Positions 59,174 to 64,000 of a DNA stretch of 64,000 bases are shown here, piece by piece. The stretch spans positions 18,468 through 82,467 of the forward strand of contig CAKORY010000004.1 of NCBI GenBank assembly GCA_934101795.1, written 5' to 3'. Within the stretch, counting starts at the first letter, position 1, and each line of letters begins with the position of its first letter. The DNA is from an uncultured Bacilli bacterium. Its GTDB lineage: Bacteria > Bacillota_I > Bacilli_A > RF39 > UBA660. Below the pieces are notes generated by a model that worked only from the letters and a program-made list of their open reading frames with translations, was not told where the DNA came from and ran no database searches. The translations under genes were made by a program, and so were the position numbers.

Positions 59174-60889
59174 TCTTACTTTAGTTCTAACTAAATTTTT
59201 GTTTTCTTGTTTTTCTTTGTCTTTAGCTTCCATAGCTTTTGGATCAAGTTTTCCATTATCAGTTCTTGGTAATGTTTCTTCATAATATTCAATATATCCA
59301 GGAAGTGCACTAGTACCTAAAGTTTTTTCTATTAAAGTAAATATTTTATCTTCTAGTACTTTTCTATCACAGTTAAAATTATTTAAACTTACATGATAAC
59401 TTGGTAAAAATTGTTCCTTATCATCTGGAATTGATGTAACTATTACTTCTCTTATTTCTGGGATTTGAAGAAGTATTTGTTCAATTTGTTCAGGATAAAT
59501 ATTATCTACACCAGAAACAAAGTTTCTTTTAACTCGACCTACAAATTCATATTCACCATTTTCGTGTTTAATGGCAACATCTTTTGTATTATACCATTTA
59601 ACACCATTTTCATCATATACAAATACAGCATTGGTTTCGGCTTCATTTTCATGATATCTAAGCATCATTCCAGGACCATTTACTAGTAAAACTCCTGGAG
59701 TTTCCAAAGACATGTCTTCAAATGTTTTGGGATCAGCAATTTTTGAATTTACAAAGGGAATTGGATATCCTATTGTTCCTGGGGTATTTTTTCCGCCTAG
59801 ACATACATGCGTCGGAGCCCACATTTCTGTTAATCCTAAACCATTTCCAATTGGTGTTATGCAACCAGCATATTCTAAGGCTTTATTTGCTTCCTTAAGC
59901 TTTTGAGGTTTAAACATTTCACCACCTGACAAAGGTTGAATTAAGTTTTCCAAAGTCCATGGTTTTAAACTAGGATCTTGAGCTAGTATTTCCCAGTGAA
60001 CAGGTCCTCCCATAGCACCATTTGCATGAGTTCTTACAAGTTCACTATAAAAATCTTTTGGTAAAGCTTTTAATGTTAAAGCATATTCTAAATTTTTACA
60101 TAAAGCATAGTGTAGAACTAATCTTCCAAAACACATATGGCCAAAAGGAATATTTCCTAAATGAACCATACCAGGTTCTAATATTAATACATAATCTAGT
60201 GCTTTTACAACACTATTTAAAGCACCACCATCTAAGTCAACACCTTTATGAACACCACTAGATCCACCAGTAAACATAATATCAGTAGTAGTTCCTTTAA
60301 TATGTTTTGGATATTCTACATCAATATAATCCTTACCATCTGCGACAATACTCATTAAATTGTTATCTTTCTTTAAAATTTTATTACCAGCTAATAATTG
60401 TTTGGCATTATAAAGGAATTTTAAACCATTTTTATCTAAAGACTCTAATGGAGAATATAAAATCGGCGTAATATTTAAACTCTTTGCAAGATTTTTAAAA
60501 TTTCCATGCATCATGTCAACAGAAATAATAAATTCAGGCTTTGTCATTTCTATATCTCTTTTCATCTTATACTCATTATTAAGTGGGCTTAATCCAATAA
60601 CTTGAGCTCCAAGTTTTTTTAGTGCATAAAGTAGGTATACCGACTCTGGAGTATTCACAACTACAACACCTACTTTAGTATCTTTATGTATCCCTCTTTT
60701 GTATAGTGCACGAGCAAATTCATCAATTCTTTCATGTAATTCTTCATATGATATTTTTTTAGTATCAAATGATAAAGCAGTATCATTCATATGATTTTTA
60801 TTTCTTTCAAGTAAAAAATCATATTCATTACCTTCTGGTAAAGTGTCTTCTTTCATTTCTTTCGTATAGTAATCATAAAATTTTTCCAT
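59171..60889 (-). CDS. AMP-dependent synthetase/ligase (acyl-activating enzyme)
   Basis: 572 aa with the AMP-binding motif DIMFTGGSSGVHKGV (T-S/G-G-x-x-G-x-x-K-G) and a C-terminal adenylate-forming lid with conserved Lys. Confidence 0.75.
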   Translation of the reverse strand: MEKFYDYYTKEMKEDTLPEGNEYDFLLERNKNHMNDTALSFDTKKISYEELHERIDEFARALYKRGIHKDTKVGVVVVNTPESVYLLYALKKLGAQVIGLSPLNNEYKMKRDIEMTKPEFIISVDMMHGNFKNLAKSLNITPILYSPLESLDKNGLKFLYNAKQLLAGNKILKKDNNLMSIVADGKDYIDVEYPKHIKGTTTDIMFTGGSSGVHKGVDLDGGALNSVVKALDYVLILEPGMVHLGNIPFGHMCFGRLVLHYALCKNLEYALTLKALPKDFYSELVRTHANGAMGGPVHWEILAQDPSLKPWTLENLIQPLSGGEMFKPQKLKEANKALEYAGCITPIGNGLGLTEMWAPTHVCLGGKNTPGTIGYPIPFVNSKIADPKTFEDMSLETPGVLLVNGPGMMLRYHENEAETNAVFVYDENGVKWYNTKDVAIKHENGEYEFVGRVKRNFVSGVDNIYPEQIEQILLQIPEIREVIVTSIPDDKEQFLPSYHVSLNNFNCDRKVLEDKIFTLIEKTLGTSALPGYIEYYEETLPRTDNGKLDPKAMEAKDKEKQENKNLVRTKVR

Positions 60890-60946
60890 ATTTTCCTCAC
60901 CTTGTCTTGATTATACAAAATTTAATACGATTTAACAATACTTACG

Positions 60947-60975
60947 TTGACTTTTAGTATCATATTTGATACAAT
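60947..60975 (+). promoter_or_regulatory. promoter TTGACT-17-TACAAT whose spacer carries the perfect palindrome GTATCA-tatt-TGATAC (probable operator)
   Basis: Read from sequence ~20 nt upstream of the XRE regulator ATG. The palindrome spans 60957-60972. Confidence 0.55.
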
Positions 60976-60992
60976 TTTATTGGTGAGAACGT

Positions 60993-61247
60993 ATGGACTA
61001 TGATAACAATTATATTGAAGTTGCTTATAATCCAGAAGAATTAAATGAAATTTTCATTAAAGAATTTATAAGTTTTAGAAAAGAAAATAACTTAACACAA
61101 GATTTATTTTCTAAGTATTCTGGAGTTTCTAGAGAAAAAATTGCTAGAATTGAATGTGGAGTTTCTTCTCCTTCTGTGCTTAGTTTACTTAAAATTCTTG
61201 GACCAATTGGATATACTATTAAAATAGAAAAAGTAAAGAACAAATAA
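60993..61247 (+). CDS. XRE-family (Cro/C1-type HTH) transcriptional regulator
   Basis: 84 aa. HTH LTQDLFSKYSGVSREKIARIECGVSSPSVLSLLKIL. Confidence 0.7.
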   Translation: MDYDNNYIEVAYNPEELNEIFIKEFISFRKENNLTQDLFSKYSGVSREKIARIECGVSSPSVLSLLKILGPIGYTIKIEKVKNK

Positions 61248-61268
61248 CTTTCTTTACTTTTTTTGTAA

Positions 61269-63011
61269 TTAATTTTCTAAAATAGCTTTAATTCTTCTTA
61301 CACCTGCACTAGATGCTTCTTCTTTTATAATTTTAAAATGTCCAAGTAGACTAGTATTTTTAACATGTGGACCACCACATAGTTCTTTAGAAACATTATC
61401 ACCGATTGTGTAAACTGTTACAATATCTGGATACTTTTCAATAAACATACATTCTGCTCCACTTTTAATAGCATCTTCTTTAGTCATTTCTTGAAAACTA
61501 ACATCCAAACCTTCTTGAATCCACTTGTTAACCAAATTTTCTGTTTCAATCTTTTCTTCATCACTTAATTTATGATCACAACTAAAATCAAAACGCATTC
61601 TTTCATCAGTTATATTGCTTCCCTTTTGATGAACATCTGGACCTACCACTTGTTTTAAAGCAGCATTAAGTAAATGAGTTGCTGTATGATATTTAGTTTC
61701 TATTTCACTATTACCTGCAAGACCACCCTTAAATTTACCAGCAGATGCAGTTCTTGAAAGTTCTTGATGAGCCTTAAACTTTTCATTAAATCCTTTTATA
61801 TCTACTGAAATTCCTGCATCTTTAGCAAGTTCTTCAGTAAGTTCAATTGGGAAACCATATGTATCATATAAATGGAATGCTACATCTCCATCAATATCTT
61901 TATTACTTACTTTATTAAATTCTCTTAAACCTTTTTCAAGGGTTCTATTAAATTTTTCTTTTTCATTTTTTAAAACATCAAGTACAACTTGTTTATTTTG
62001 ACTAAGTTCGCTATAGTAACTTTGATATTTTTCAATTATTAATCTTGCTATTTGTTCTTCCCAATTACTACTTATATCAATACCCAATTTCTTAGCATGT
62101 CTAATAGCTCTTCGAATAAGTCTTCTTAATATGTAACCTTGATCAGTATTACTTGGTTTAATTCCTGCCGGATCACTACTTATGAATACTGCAGTTCTAA
62201 TATGATCAGCGATAATTCTCATACTTTTTTCATTGCCTTCATAAGGAAGTCCTGCAATATCACTTATTAAATCAATCACATCACTCCAAATGCTTGATTT
62301 ATAATTATCGTCTACACCTTCAAGTACAGTGGTAATTCTTTCAACGCCCATACCAGTGTCGACATTTTTCTTTGGAAGTTCTGTAACAGTTCCATTTTCA
62401 TCTTTATAATATTGCATAAAGACATTATTCCATATTTCAACCCATCTATCATCTTCAGGATCAAAAGTTTCTGGAGCTTCTTCATTACTTCTAAAATAGA
62501 ATATTTCTGTATCAGGGCCACATGGACCAGAAGCTCCAGCAATCCAGAAATTATCTAAAGTAGTTTTAGCAATTCTTTCTTTTTTCATTCCTAAACTAAG
62601 CCATTTGTTATAACTTACTTCATCAAATGGTATTAAGTCATTACCAGCAAAAACTGTTACAGCAAGTTTTTCTACTGGAATATTTAATACTTTAGTTAAA
62701 AATTCAAAACTCCATGTAATACTTTCATCTTTAAAATAATCACCTAAAGACCAATTACCTAGCATTTCAAAGAATGTATGGTGTGTTGTGTCTCCTATTT
62801 CATCCAAATCATTAGTTCTAATACATTTTTGGTAATCACATAGTCTTGTTCCATAAGGATGAGGTTCTCCCATTAAATATGGAATTAAAGGTTGCATACC
62901 AGCAGTATTAAATAAAACTGACGGATCGTTTTCTGGTACAACTGGACTACTTGGTATTTGTTTATGTCCATGTTCAACAAAAAAGTTAATAAATAAATCT
63001 TTAATTTTCAT
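61269..63011 (-). CDS. alaS: alanine--tRNA ligase, short form (catalytic + tRNA-recognition + compact editing domain, no C-Ala domain)
   Basis: 580 aa. Class II motifs (FNTAGMQPL, GMGVERI), editing-domain Zn ligands HTATHLL...H and CGGPHV. About 300 aa shorter than typical bacterial AlaRS, with no continuation downstream. Confidence 0.8.
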   Translation of the reverse strand: MKIKDLFINFFVEHGHKQIPSSPVVPENDPSVLFNTAGMQPLIPYLMGEPHPYGTRLCDYQKCIRTNDLDEIGDTTHHTFFEMLGNWSLGDYFKDESITWSFEFLTKVLNIPVEKLAVTVFAGNDLIPFDEVSYNKWLSLGMKKERIAKTTLDNFWIAGASGPCGPDTEIFYFRSNEEAPETFDPEDDRWVEIWNNVFMQYYKDENGTVTELPKKNVDTGMGVERITTVLEGVDDNYKSSIWSDVIDLISDIAGLPYEGNEKSMRIIADHIRTAVFISSDPAGIKPSNTDQGYILRRLIRRAIRHAKKLGIDISSNWEEQIARLIIEKYQSYYSELSQNKQVVLDVLKNEKEKFNRTLEKGLREFNKVSNKDIDGDVAFHLYDTYGFPIELTEELAKDAGISVDIKGFNEKFKAHQELSRTASAGKFKGGLAGNSEIETKYHTATHLLNAALKQVVGPDVHQKGSNITDERMRFDFSCDHKLSDEEKIETENLVNKWIQEGLDVSFQEMTKEDAIKSGAECMFIEKYPDIVTVYTIGDNVSKELCGGPHVKNTSLLGHFKIIKEEASSAGVRRIKAILEN

Positions 63012-63534
63012 TTTCTAAACCCTCCAATATCTTAAATACTTTTTCTTTAGTTTTTGCCAGTTCATCATTTGCTATAATATAGTCAAATTCATCATAAGTT
63101 TCAAGTGCTCTTTCAGTAATATCACTTTGTTCTTCTAAAGAAAGCTTACTTGGTGCAAATTGATTAATAACCAAAATACTTGTTACATCATCATAGTTTT
63201 CTTTCATTTCTTCAAATTCAAGTGGCATTCTTGCGTCACTTATTATTACAACATCCACTAAGTCTTCATAAAGAGTTATATCCTCAATCATTCTTTTTGT
63301 TAAAAATCTTTCATCATAACTTCTAACCTTAGCACCAAAATTTTGTAAAAATCTTCTTGGTTTATTTTGACTTATACCATCCCAATCAGTTAGTTCTTTA
63401 GCAAATAATTTTATGTATTTACTAAATTCTGTTACAACGCATTTTTTTAATTTATAAGTATAAAACTCTTCAATCATTTTGGCAACTTCGTTCTTGCCAC
63501 TTCCACTTTTTCCACCAACAACAAATATTTTCAT
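63001..63534 (-). CDS. P-loop NTPase, small kinase-like protein (hypothetical)
   Basis: Walker A VVGGKSGSGK. Preferred start is the ATG at 63534 (RBS AAAGGAAAG); the track start at 63573 adds a hydrophobic 13-residue extension. Overlaps alaS by 11 nt. Confidence 0.5.
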   Translation of the reverse strand: MKIFVVGGKSGSGKNEVAKMIEEFYTYKLKKCVVTEFSKYIKLFAKELTDWDGISQNKPRRFLQNFGAKVRSYDERFLTKRMIEDITLYEDLVDVVIISDARMPLEFEEMKENYDDVTSILVINQFAPSKLSLEEQSDITERALETYDEFDYIIANDELAKTKEKVFKILEGLENEN

Positions 63535-63740
63535 TTTCTTCTTTCCTTTCACAAATAAAAAGAATGATACCAAAAGGAGTCAATGTATGACGGTACCATC
63601 CTTTAATTAACTTAATTATTTGTAACGTAATTACCCGATTAATCTCTATGAGTAGCAATTATATAACTCTTTTATTAGTTTTCATCAACCACTAACTTTC
63701 TGTAAATAAGATTTATATAACATCTCACATCAACGATTAC
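63535..63740 (-). promoter_or_regulatory. T-box leader (probable Ala specifier GCU) controlling the kinase-like gene and alaS
   Basis: On the minus strand, the T-box sequence AAAGGATGGTACCG (consensus AANNNGGGTGGNACCGCG) forms the 5' arm of a terminator (AAAGGA...TCCTTT + U-rich tail) just before the RBS. The only GCN triplet in the upstream stem I region is GCUA (in AAUUGCUACUC). Confidence 0.6.
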
Positions 63741-63747
63741 ATTTAAT

Positions 63748-63776
63748 AATATACACATATTTTTTTAACTTGTCAA
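63748..63776 (-). promoter_or_regulatory. sigma-A promoter for the T-box leader (-35 TTGACA, 17 nt, -10 TATATT)
   Basis: Consensus hexamers read on the minus strand, giving a ~205-nt leader. Confidence 0.5.
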
Positions 63777-64000
63777 GAGGATTTGACAAATAGCCACACT
63801 TATGTTATTATGTATTTAGCAAAGGATTTTGCATAAAATAATAAATGGAACATCCAATTTTGCATGTTGGATGCTGCCACATTGTGTGGGCATCTTAATC
63901 AACATGGTTGATTAGATGCTTTTATTTTCTCTACTTTAATAACAAAACCAAAATGAGAAGAATAATAATCAACCATAACCCGATGATAATACCATCTTTA

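Noticed and set aside
12003-63573. ORF-track start codons at 12003 (hrcA), 12083, 14544, 20196 (ppdK), 49244 and 63573
   Set aside because: These are GTG/TTG or upstream ATG extensions that run through promoter/CIRCE elements or lack an RBS. Downstream ATGs with good Shine-Dalgarno sequences (11982, 12137, 14502, 20184, 49208, 63534) were preferred.
49433-63658. Antisense ORFs 49433-49702, 52010-52204, 52264-52503, 54358-54600, 54826-55332, 57820-58353, 59465-59686, 59712-59906, 60022-60261, 60769-60957, 61025-61243, 62312-62542, 63470-63658
   Set aside because: Antisense to the acyltransferase, spoIVB, the histidine kinases, the AMP-ligase, the XRE gene, alaS and the kinase-like gene. The paired ORFs inside the two kinases merely reflect the duplicated DNA.

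Overview
This is a 64-kb segment of a very AT-rich (about 25-27% GC), standard-genetic-code, low-GC Firmicutes chromosome. The organism is probably a spore-former, since spoIVB, a spoVID-like LysM protein, ysxE/cotS-like, ylbJ-like and ylbL-like genes are present. Almost every real gene is on the minus strand, which indicates one replichore with long co-directional operons. Core content includes the HrcA/CIRCE heat-shock operon, which is unusually interrupted by a tldD/tldE pair. It also includes ppdK, a queA-tmk-folA-thyA-glyA-folD cluster, and ruvB and ruvA, which are separated by an inserted type IV pilus ATPase and pilin. It further includes obg, trmB, miaA, comEA-comEC, two paralogous hybrid histidine kinases with an Hpt-REC protein, and a short alaS behind an Ala T-box leader. 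The ORF track uses ATG, GTG and TTG starts and reports the longest ORF, so several starts were trimmed after checking ribosome-binding sites. Many antisense ORFs inside real genes were discarded. The most notable unannotated element is a probable type III toxin-antitoxin locus at about 16.7-17.5 kb. It consists of a consensus promoter, four tandem structured 49-50-nt RNA repeats with compensatory base changes, a terminator, and a ToxN/AbiQ-like ORF. Other accessory signals are a tandem triplication of DUF1016/YhcG-type PD-(D/E)XK nuclease genes and a family of four pilin-like surface proteins sharing a C-terminal motif. One of these has a 19-nt poly(T) tract in its promoter and another has a frameshift in an A5 tract. 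There are also promoter-hairpin sRNA-like units upstream of obg and a duplicated palindromic operator for an XRE regulator. No rRNA, tRNA, CRISPR, transposase or integrase genes were seen. Manually derived coordinates of small sites may be off by 1-2 nt.
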